DNA from: an uncultured bacterium
Lineage (GTDB): Bacteria; Bdellovibrionota_B; Oligoflexia; Oligoflexales; CACXFL01
Length of the DNA: 61,249 nt
Assembly: GCA_902766925.1 (NCBI GenBank)
Contig: CACXFL010000017.1
Span: 1-61,249 of the forward strand
Direction: 5' to 3'
Program-made: the position numbers and the translations under genes
Shown: positions 29,693 to 37,103 of the stretch, one piece after another
Numbering within the stretch: the stretch's first letter is position 1
Layout of the letters: each line of letters opens with the position of its first letter
Notes under the pieces: model-generated
Database searches by the model: none
The model's input: the letters and a program-made list of their open reading frames with translations, nothing else
What the model was told of the DNA's origin: nothing

Positions 29693-30583
29693 CTAAACTT
29701 GGTATCTTCCTATCTTTAAATATTTTCCTATATTAGAATCGGTATTTATTATAGGTTCAATGTCTGACAAAGAACTCATTATAATTTGAACACCAGGACC
29801 ATGTCCACAAAGATAAGAATTTCCATGAACTATTACTCCAATAGAAACAGCTCCTTTAGTATAAGAAGGTCCAAAAGTATTCTTGTGATCCTTAATTGCT
29901 ACAATATCTCCTAGTTTTAAGGAGAGAAGATCAAGCTCTTCATTCAATACTGGATCAGAGGTTTGAATGTCATAGTCTCCTTTATAGGCCTCAGAGGTTC
30001 CGAGTCCTGATCCCATAAGACAAGCAGGAATAACTTTAGTTACAGGAAATAGTAGTTTTGAATTTTTAACTGTAGGATTAATAAGTTTTAAAAGAGTAGG
30101 ATCCAGGGAAAATATGGAGATATCAGGAAACTCTTCTATTTTAAGACCAGATCCGTATCCTGTGATCATAATCTTATCATCATAACTCATCTTAGACATT
30201 GTATCTTCATCAAAATCTATGATCACATGTTCTATTCCTCCATGGTGACCTGTAACAATACCAGTAGCTCCTTTGGCTTCTCCAGAGATAATGGTAGCAG
30301 TGTTACCAATACAGGAATAGGAATTATATGCTCTATCTTTAGAAGAAGATGATCTTTTTTTAGGATCGTGTTCAGTAGTAGTGGAAACTCCTGGTTCTAG
30401 ATGATCTGAAACGAATTTAGATACTGAATCTCCTACTCTAAAATTAAGAGTAATTCCTCCAACACTAGGAGTCATTCTTGATACTCCATCGTGACCTACA
30501 GACCATGGCCAATGAGAAGGATATGATGGGGTTCCTTGAAGTTTTATTTTAACTAAACGGTCTTCATTTAAACTAAGAGTCAT
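29693..30583 (-). CDS. Conserved hypothetical protein, DUF4438-like (two KOW/SH3-like barrels)
   Basis: 296 aa. The DHLEPGVS, GEAKGATGIVTGHHGG and GDIVAIKD motifs recall DUF4438. This family assignment is from memory only. Confidence 0.45.
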   Translation of the reverse strand: MTLSLNEDRLVKIKLQGTPSYPSHWPWSVGHDGVSRMTPSVGGITLNFRVGDSVSKFVSDHLEPGVSTTTEHDPKKRSSSSKDRAYNSYSCIGNTATIISGEAKGATGIVTGHHGGIEHVIIDFDEDTMSKMSYDDKIMITGYGSGLKIEEFPDISIFSLDPTLLKLINPTVKNSKLLFPVTKVIPACLMGSGLGTSEAYKGDYDIQTSDPVLNEELDLLSLKLGDIVAIKDHKNTFGPSYTKGAVSIGVIVHGNSYLCGHGPGVQIIMSSLSDIEPIINTDSNIGKYLKIGRYQV

Positions 30584-30630
30584 ACTAGATCCTTTAGGGT
30601 AGAAGTAATTTTCGTTTAACTTTTGTGTAA

Positions 30631-30667
30631 AGTATCATATACTTTATAGTATAAAGTATATGATACT
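30631..30667. promoter_or_regulatory. 37-bp perfect palindrome (18-bp arms, 1-nt centre) in a divergent promoter region; candidate operator
   Basis: agtatcatatactttata-g-tataaagtatatgatact. All 18 pairs verified by hand. Confidence 0.5.
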
Positions 30668-30785
30668 CAATTAATTTTATACACTGAACAATTATAGGAT
30701 ATTGTTTTTATTTTACAAAGGAAAACTACACATGGAAGTATATTTAAATTTTTTTCACAGATGGAAAATTTGTCGTAAAGTAAAG

Positions 30786-31598
30786 ATGTTGGTAGTTGTA
30801 CTTGTGATGTGTATCCTGTCTTGTAAACCTTCGGATGAAAAATTTAGTTCGGTAGATAATTCTTCCTTCGATGAAGGAGGAACTCGTTCCTCCTTCTCTC
30901 TGGGAATTAAGATAGATGGAACCCGTGAAGATAGTGTAGTAGGAGAAGAATCTGTTAAACAAGTAGGAAGAGTAGATAAAATAGGTGATAATGGTGGAAT
31001 AGAAGAACCAAATACAGAGAGCGTAGAAGTAAAAGAACAAAGGGTATATGTAAAAGAAGTTGTAAAAGATGGTACTAACTCATACCCATTAGCTAAGGTA
31101 GAACTTGTACCAGATAAAAAAAGACAACAAGGAGATTTAAGTCAGGAACAATCATCCTATTTAAATGATCTTCATTTAAATAAGGATGATACTATAGAAG
31201 CAATAGATGCTTATGCTACGGATATAAATGGCAAGAAAAATGAAGGATACCAAGTATATGAATTTTGGGTGAAGAACATACAAAGTTGGGGAGTAGCTAT
31301 GGATTATATCCTAGCTAATGAATCTATATCAGGAATAAGTCTTAAGATTGATAGAAAAGGAGTTAAATTAAAAACTCCAGTTATTGAAGTACCTAAGTTA
31401 AAAAAAGAAGATATCAGTCTTGGAAATTATGAAGGAAGATGTCTTGTTTATGGAATAGATCATGGTAAAAAATATCCAATCTCTTGTTCTTTAGTAGAAG
31501 TAGATTTGTACTGTAAGCTCTCAAGATCGGCACAGAACAAAAAAGTAAGCTTTGAGAGTAGGCGAGCTTGCGTCATTAATAAACACAAGACTATTTAA
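30786..31598 (+). CDS. Hypothetical lipoprotein
   Basis: Preferred start is MLVVVLVMCILSC|KPS at 30786. The ORF opens at 30702. Confidence 0.6.
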   Translation: MLVVVLVMCILSCKPSDEKFSSVDNSSFDEGGTRSSFSLGIKIDGTREDSVVGEESVKQVGRVDKIGDNGGIEEPNTESVEVKEQRVYVKEVVKDGTNSYPLAKVELVPDKKRQQGDLSQEQSSYLNDLHLNKDDTIEAIDAYATDINGKKNEGYQVYEFWVKNIQSWGVAMDYILANESISGISLKIDRKGVKLKTPVIEVPKLKKEDISLGNYEGRCLVYGIDHGKKYPISCSLVEVDLYCKLSRSAQNKKVSFESRRACVINKHKTI

Positions 31599-31739
31599 AG
31601 TGTAAAATTTTTATAGATATATGTAGATATTTAAAAAAATACGTTTTATAAATATTTCTATTCTATTTTTTTATAATTCCTTCATTTAATTTATCGGAAT
31701 TTTTGTAAAAAATAGTTGGTTGGATAGTCAGAAAAAATA

Positions 31740-31768
31740 TTGACATTTTGTTGATATTGTTTACATTA
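31740..31768 (+). promoter_or_regulatory. Possible sigma-70-like promoter (TTGACA, 16-nt spacer, TACATT)
   Basis: TTGACA at 31740-31745. The -10 element is weak. Confidence 0.3.
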
Positions 31769-31873
31769 TTTAGTGAGGCCACACCGTAGAGTTTGCGTGA
31801 TTGATAGAGTTGTGAAGAGGGACTCTTGGGTGGGGGTTTGTGTGTGTGAGTTAAAATGTTTGGAGGTAGTGGA

Positions 31874-32692
31874 ATGCAGAAGCAAGTATCGTGTGTTCGT
31901 TGCTTTTCAAGCGCAAGGGCAAGGAAAAGAGATTTTTCTGATCAGGCGTACAGTATGCTACTAGCATGGGGTGAGATAGACGAGTCTGCTGTTGATGCTC
32001 CAATATGTGATGAGTGTTATAAGGAACTCAGGGAACTTCTTATTGAAAGGGCTGAGGAAGCTTTGGTTCAAGAGGAAGTTGTTCCAGTTCAAATAAAAAA
32101 GATTGTAGGAACTACCCCGATAACAGTTGCAGAACGAACTGGACTTCCGGTAGGGGAAACGGGATACGGTTCTTATTCTGGATCAGGTTCAGGATCTGGA
32201 GTTGGTTATTCCCGTAGTGAAGGAGGAACTTATAGTTCTGGCAGTGGTAGTGGTTCTGGTTCTGGTTCTGGTTCTACGGTTGTTTCTTTTAAAGACGCTA
32301 CAAAATCTTCTAAGACTAAGAGTTCTACCTTGTCTTCTTCTACAAAGTCTTTGGCTACTGCTTCTAAAAAAACTTCTTCAAAATCTTCATCTGTACAAAC
32401 TACTACAAAGAAAAAAGTTACAAGTTCTAGTGGAACTAAAAAAGTTTCAAAGACTTCTACTAAAGCAGTGAAAACAAAAAAAGTAGTTTCTAAAAAGCCA
32501 GTTAAAAAAGCTAGTAAGGTTAGTAAACCTAAAGTAGCGTCAAAGACAAAAGTAGTAAATAAAACCCAAAAAACTGCAACTTCTGGTAAGAAAACAAAAC
32601 CAGTTGCCAAATCTAGTAAGGCTAGCCGTTCGTCTAAGGGGGTAAAAGGTGGTAAAGCTGGTAAAAAAGGTGGTAAAAAAAGAGTTGCATAG
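31874..32692 (+). CDS. Zinc-ribbon protein with a GS-repeat linker and a long Lys/Ser/Thr-rich H1-like tail
   Basis: ATG 31874 is preceded by GGAGG. Four-Cys pattern CVRC...CDEC, (GS)n repeats, then about 150 aa of K/S/T/V low complexity. Confidence 0.65.
   Translation: MQKQVSCVRCFSSARARKRDFSDQAYSMLLAWGEIDESAVDAPICDECYKELRELLIERAEEALVQEEVVPVQIKKIVGTTPITVAERTGLPVGETGYGSYSGSGSGSGVGYSRSEGGTYSSGSGSGSGSGSGSTVVSFKDATKSSKTKSSTLSSSTKSLATASKKTSSKSSSVQTTTKKKVTSSSGTKKVSKTSTKAVKTKKVVSKKPVKKASKVSKPKVASKTKVVNKTQKTATSGKKTKPVAKSSKASRSSKGVKGGKAGKKGGKKRVA
32241..32276 (+). repeat. Hexanucleotide (GGTTCT/GGTAGT)n coding microsatellite encoding (GS)n
   Basis: ggcagtggtagtggttctggttctggttctggttct. Confidence 0.85.
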
Positions 32693-32766
32693 GAAGTAGT
32701 TTTATGTCTATATTCTTTGGTGTTTTCGGTGTGAAAGGATGAATTGATTTAAGTTGGGAGTCATTT

Positions 32767-32991
32767 ATGTTAGAAGAAATTCAAATGTTTATAGATGAAG
32801 AAATTAATCCTATGCTTGCTACTCATGGTGGTGGATGTTCTGTTGTAGATTTTAGCGAAGGAGTGTTAAAGTTAAAATTTGAAGGAGGATGTGCAGGTTG
32901 TCCTTCAAGACAGGCTACACTTTTAAATGCTGTTAGTCCTGCTTTAATGCAAAGATATCCTGATGATATTAAGGAAATTGTACTGGATTAA
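32767..32991 (+). CDS. NifU C-terminal-domain (Nfu-type) Fe-S cluster protein
   Basis: LATHGGGCSVVDF...GGCAGCPS motif; 74 aa. Confidence 0.85.
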   Translation: MLEEIQMFIDEEINPMLATHGGGCSVVDFSEGVLKLKFEGGCAGCPSRQATLLNAVSPALMQRYPDDIKEIVLD

Positions 32992-33020
32992 TAAGATAAG
33001 CTAATTAGGATTTGTTTGTA

Positions 33021-33058
33021 AAAGAGGTTCAACTTATTTAGGTTGATCCTCTTTTTTT
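33021..33058 (+). terminator. Rho-independent terminator after the nifU-like gene
   Basis: aaagaggttcaac...gttgatcctcttt stem (one mismatch) followed by a T-run. Confidence 0.7.
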
Positions 33059-33294
33059 ATGTACATATGGAAGGTGATTTTTATTTGTTATGTTATTTAT
33101 TATTGTATGTTTTAACTTCTAGTTTTTTGTTTTTCTGATTTTTTAAAATTGAGTTTTAAATTCTTATATTTAACTTAATACAAGTTTTTTATAGAAGAAT
33201 TTTTGCATTATACTAGCGAATAAAAAAATGTAAAATAATTTTTATATAAAAAGCATTTTTGAATAACCCTAAGGGGTGTCTATATGTAAAAAAT

Positions 33295-33324
33295 TTGACT
33301 TAATACATAAATAAAATGTATCAT
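33295..33324 (+). promoter_or_regulatory. Possible sigma-70-like promoter for the porin gene (TTGACT, 18-nt spacer, TATCAT)
   Basis: TTGACT at 33295-33300 and TATCAT at 33319-33324. Confidence 0.35.
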
Positions 33325-33344
33325 TTAATTGTTTGGGTAAAAAT

Positions 33345-33389
33345 AAAAGATAGTTGTTGTGTACTGGAAGGTAACTATCTTTTATTTTT
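33345..33389 (+). terminator. Leader terminator/attenuator hairpin upstream of the porin start codon
   Basis: 11-bp perfect stem aaaagatagtt/aactatctttt with a 17-nt loop, followed by ATTTTT. It ends about 45 nt before ATG 33435. Confidence 0.55.
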
Positions 33390-33434
33390 CTCAGATGTGT
33401 GAGAGTTGTTATGTTTAACTTTTTTGGAGGTACT

Positions 33435-34766
33435 ATGTTGTTTAAAACTAAATTATTAGCCGGATGCGTGGCAGGACTTCTTGTTTCTTCTGTAGCATTG
33501 GCAGATTCTAGTGTGGAATTTAAAGGTTATGCTAGAGCTGGCTTTAGTTTGAACTTGTCGAAGTTTGGTAAAACTACTGAAGGAGCAGGTGATTACGGAA
33601 CAGTTCGTACGGCACAAGGTGAACAAGGGCTATCGACAAGACATATAAGAAACTTAAACTACATTCAATTATGGGTTACAAAAAATTTCGAAAACAATTC
33701 TAAATTCGTTATATCTTTGGATAACGAAACATTCCAACGAGTTTATGAAAACAATGCCTTTTTGGGATCAGATATAAACTTTAGAGATGCTTATTTCCAA
33801 ACAGAAATTACTCCAGAACTTGCTATCTGGGCAGGACAAAGACAATTTATCTTTGATGATATCAGAGTACTTGATATCTTAAACGAATACGATGCTTTTG
33901 GTGCTGGTGTTGTTATTGCTAAAAATACTAACGTATTTATTTCAAAAGCTAACAAATCAAAAGTTTCACCTGTAAGTTTTGGTAATGATCCTAGATTTGA
34001 AAAAAATTTGCAGTTAGTAGCTCATTCAAAAATTGATTTAGGTGCTTTAACTATTAGTCCTGAATTTGCAGTTGTTCGCTCAGGAGAAATCCAAAATGAA
34101 AATGGTGACAAAGCATTATCTGGAAAGACAGCGTTTACAGGAAGAGTTCTTGTAGGATTTGCAAATTCTAATATGTGGAATAACGTAGGTCTACGTTTCA
34201 CACAATCTCCAAACTATAGTTGTGACTATGGTGTAGTGGATGCAGAAACCAATGAAGTGGGATATACATGTAATGATAACAAACTTACTGAAATTGAATT
34301 TACAGAATCAGGAAGCTTTGAATTTGGTTCTGTAGGTCTTTTGGTAGGTGGTTATGTTAAATATCAAAAATTTAAAGATAAAGAAGTATTCTTAAACAAA
34401 AAATTTGAACCTAAATTAAAGAAATCAAGAGTTATTGCTAGTGTTGATGTTCAACCAGTATTCTATGCAACAAATAATTTCCATTTAGCATTAGATATCA
34501 ATAAAACATTTAAGACACTATACGCAGATATGCCAGTTGATGAAAATAACGATGGTGAACCAGATGCTCTTAATCAAGATCCTTCTGCAGGTCTTTTCAT
34601 TACTCCAATTGCAAGATATGCTTTAGCTAAAAATACAATTGGTCAAGCTCAAGTTTATACTTCTGTTACATATGGTAAACTTGATAGAAAACAATCTGTA
34701 TGGAATGGTAAAAAAGCTACAGATAGCTTAGTTACAATGCAAACAGGCTTTGAATTAGCTTTCTAA
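33435..34766 (+). CDS. Outer-membrane porin, maltoporin/carbohydrate-porin-like
   Basis: Signal peptide. The mature N-terminus SSVEFKGYARAGF resembles LamB VDFHGYARSG. C-terminal ...GFELAF. ATG 33435 is preceded by GGAGG. Confidence 0.6.
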   Translation: MLFKTKLLAGCVAGLLVSSVALADSSVEFKGYARAGFSLNLSKFGKTTEGAGDYGTVRTAQGEQGLSTRHIRNLNYIQLWVTKNFENNSKFVISLDNETFQRVYENNAFLGSDINFRDAYFQTEITPELAIWAGQRQFIFDDIRVLDILNEYDAFGAGVVIAKNTNVFISKANKSKVSPVSFGNDPRFEKNLQLVAHSKIDLGALTISPEFAVVRSGEIQNENGDKALSGKTAFTGRVLVGFANSNMWNNVGLRFTQSPNYSCDYGVVDAETNEVGYTCNDNKLTEIEFTESGSFEFGSVGLLVGGYVKYQKFKDKEVFLNKKFEPKLKKSRVIASVDVQPVFYATNNFHLALDINKTFKTLYADMPVDENNDGEPDALNQDPSAGLFITPIARYALAKNTIGQAQVYTSVTYGKLDRKQSVWNGKKATDSLVTMQTGFELAF

Positions 34767-34790
34767 ACTGAGTGATTATATGGTAAAGTA

Positions 34791-34822
34791 TAAGAGCTGG
34801 GAAATTATTCCCAGCTCTTATA
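34791..34822 (+). terminator. Hairpin after the porin gene
   Basis: aagagctggga...tcccagctctt, 11-bp stem. The U-tract is weak. Confidence 0.5.
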
Positions 34823-34837
34823 GTTTGAGGAGATAAA

Positions 34838-35749
34838 TTGAATCGCTTAATTCGTCTAAAGAGTTGTGGTAGTTATAAAAATATAAATATATTTAATTTT
34901 TTTATATTGGTAGTTTCGTCAGTATTTTTTATATCTTCAACTCTTTTAGCTCAGGAGTCTCATTTTAAAAGACCTAAGTCTAATGGTTTGTCATATAGTT
35001 TTAGAGGGGATAGGTCTCAAGAGAGTTCGGAAGAAGAAAAACCTAAGAATGAAACTGTACTTGATGATGGATGGAGTGATATCGTAAAATATAGTCCTAA
35101 TCAGAAGAAAAGAACATGTAAGAAGTATGAAGGAAAATATATCTCATATTATGATAAGGTTTATTTTGTTAAAGGGTGCAAAAGATCTCAGGTAGAACAA
35201 CCACCGGTTAATGCCAATGTGGTAAGTATTGGTAGTTCAGAGTTTTCTCAAATACCTTTGGAGTTTCCAAAATCTAAAAAGGGTTTAAAAAAATCAAACT
35301 GTAAGGAATTAAACAATAAATACGTAACCGAAGGTTACGTATACGTATACTATGTAGAAAACTGTAAGTTAAATATGTTTCCTGATTGGGCTACCTATCA
35401 AGCTCATCTAAAGTTAAAAGGTAAAAAATCTGAAAACCTAGTAGAACTAGATCTATTAAAATATCCAGATTTAAAAGAAGGAGAGACTTACCTATCTGTA
35501 GTAGATCAGGATAAAACTATAATGGATCATATAAGAAATGATAAAACAGATGTTATTCCACTGAAGAAAGCTTGTAAGGGACTGGAAGGAAAATATGTAT
35601 CCTATGTAGATAAGATCTATAAGATAGAAAAATGTAGAAAAAGAGAAGCGGATCCTGAAGATTTTATCTCAAAACATCAAAATGTTAAGTTAATTGAACT
35701 AAGCTCAAATCAGTGGGTATCTATTCCTGATGGAAAACCTCTAAACTAG
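34838..35749 (+). CDS. Secreted protein with three Cys-bracketed internal repeats (hypothetical)
   Basis: TTG start and signal/TM N-terminus. The three repeats are CKKYEGKYISYYDKVYFVKGCKR, CKELNNKYVTEGYVYVYYVENCKL and CKGLEGKYVSYVDKIYKIEKCRK. Confidence 0.6.
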   Translation: MNRLIRLKSCGSYKNINIFNFFILVVSSVFFISSTLLAQESHFKRPKSNGLSYSFRGDRSQESSEEEKPKNETVLDDGWSDIVKYSPNQKKRTCKKYEGKYISYYDKVYFVKGCKRSQVEQPPVNANVVSIGSSEFSQIPLEFPKSKKGLKKSNCKELNNKYVTEGYVYVYYVENCKLNMFPDWATYQAHLKLKGKKSENLVELDLLKYPDLKEGETYLSVVDQDKTIMDHIRNDKTDVIPLKKACKGLEGKYVSYVDKIYKIEKCRKREADPEDFISKHQNVKLIELSSNQWVSIPDGKPLN

Positions 35750-35762
35750 TATCGTAAGACTG

Positions 35763-35808
35763 TAATATTTCCAACTTAGGACGTTTTTGTCCTAAGTTGG
35801 AAATATTA
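35763..35808 (+). terminator. Perfect 20-bp hairpin with a 6-nt loop after the repeat-protein gene; no clear U-tract
   Basis: taatatttccaacttaggac / gttttt / gtcctaagttggaaatatta. Confidence 0.5.
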
Positions 35809-36037
35809 GCTTATTTAATCTGTAAATTATCTACAATTATTTGTATAACAGGTTGATATATCTAGAAACTTATTGATCCTAAAGGATTTGAAATCAAAAA
35901 TTAAGGTTGATAGTACGGGGGATAGTGAAACTAGGGTAAGAATAGAACAATTTACCACGGTATTTTATTCCGTAACTTACAGATTCATATATTAAACATG
36001 AGCAAGATTGATTTAAGTAAAAGAAGTGGACATCGTA

Positions 36038-36114
36038 TGGTGGGCCTGGGCTGACTCGAACAGCCGACCTCGTGCTTATCAGGCACGCGCTCTAACCACC
36101 TGAGCTACAGACCC
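36038..36114 (-). tRNA. tRNA-Ile (anticodon GAU), CCA encoded
   Basis: The reverse complement GGGTCTGTAGCTCAGGTGGTTAGAGCGCGTGCCTGATAAGCACGAGGTCGGCTGTTCGAGTCAGCCCAGGCCCACCA folds as a cloverleaf. Anticodon loop is CTGATAA. Confidence 0.95.
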
Positions 36115-36119
36115 TCAAC

Positions 36120-36150
36120 AGAAGATATATAAATATCTTCTATTTTTTTT
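36120..36150 (+). terminator. AT-rich hairpin plus a T8 run, plus-strand oriented, abutting the 5' side of the tRNA
   Basis: agaagatat/ataa/atatcttct followed by atttttttt. Confidence 0.35.
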
Positions 36151-36238
36151 CTAAAGTCTAGTGTTTTTATACAAAAAGTAGAAATTTTTTGGATAAAAAT
36201 AAAGTAGTGAGTCCATATTTTAACACATTTTTTATAAA

Positions 36239-36892
36239 TTAAGATAGTTTCTTTATAAGAGGAAGAAGTTCTTGGGGGAAACTGATCAAAGATTTAGCTC
36301 CATACTTTAAAAGTTCTGATTGATCCCTAAATCCCCAAAGTGCTCCTACAGGGTAGGTATGAGACCGCACGGCTACTAACATATCCATACCTGAATCTCC
36401 AATAAATATACATTCATTGGAAGATATTCCAAGATTTTTTAGGATAAGTTCTACTCCATAGGTATCTGGTTTATGAGGAATCAGGGAACTATGACCAAAA
36501 AAGTTTGAAAACTTCCATCTAGAAAAAGTAGCTTGTTCTATCTTAGAACAAGCTGATTGAGGCTTGTTTGATAACACGTTAAGACTAATTCCCATATCCG
36601 TGAGGGAAGTTAAAAGTTCTGATATGCCATCGTAGAGAGGAATGATAGCATTAGTAGGATCAGTCATTTTAGTTAAAAGAGTATCCATAAACTCATTTTT
36701 TAGATATAGGTTCTTATCTGTTAATACCCTTTCTACTAATTTACCTATACCATTACCTACAAACTGTTTGTAGTTTTCCACTGGGTAAGAAGATAACCCA
36801 TAAGAGATAAGAATATCGTTTGTAAGATTAGAAAGAAGTTCTAAAGAGTTGGTTAAAGTTCCATCAAGATCAAAAATAATAGCTCTAATCAT
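36239..36892 (-). CDS. HAD-superfamily hydrolase (phosphoglycolate phosphatase-like)
   Basis: IIFDLDGTLTNS, LSNKP and GDSGMDM motifs. Confidence 0.85.
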   Translation of the reverse strand: MIRAIIFDLDGTLTNSLELLSNLTNDILISYGLSSYPVENYKQFVGNGIGKLVERVLTDKNLYLKNEFMDTLLTKMTDPTNAIIPLYDGISELLTSLTDMGISLNVLSNKPQSACSKIEQATFSRWKFSNFFGHSSLIPHKPDTYGVELILKNLGISSNECIFIGDSGMDMLVAVRSHTYPVGALWGFRDQSELLKYGAKSLISFPQELLPLIKKLS

Positions 36893-37103
36893 TTATAATC
36901 CTATCCTATCCTATCTTTTGTATAAAAATAATAAATAGATCTAAATCTAACATATGCTTCATAAATAGACTACGAAAAGTTTATATAAGAAGTGAGGTGA
37001 TAAAAATTAGATTTTTGATAATAAAAGCTAAGTTCAACTTGCTAAAAAATAAGCTCAGTATGATTATAACTAGGGTAAGTATTTTAAGTAAAGTGAGGGA
37101 TTT

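Noticed and set aside
30631-30667. The 37-bp palindrome as a chromosome dimer resolution (dif) site
   Set aside because: dif sites are 28-bp imperfect palindromes (11-6-11) with asymmetric XerC and XerD arms. This one is perfectly symmetric and longer, and it does not match the dif consensus as I remember it.
31773-31964. ORF 31773-31964(+), 63 aa
   Set aside because: It overlaps the leader and 5' end of the better-supported 31874-32692 gene in another frame. It is Cys/Val/Arg-rich, reflecting G/T-rich DNA, and has no SD.
32202-32610. ORFs 32202-32471(+) and 32230-32610(-) overlapping the H1-like tail gene
   Set aside because: The low-complexity repeat sequence keeps alternative frames open. 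The translations are implausible (poly-L/V/F strings), and the 31874-32692 frame has an SD and a folded N-terminal domain.
36120-36150. The hairpin plus T8 as the terminator of the HAD hydrolase gene
   Set aside because: The U-tract is on the plus strand, whereas the HAD gene and the tRNA are on the minus strand. It is kept as a feature only at low confidence.
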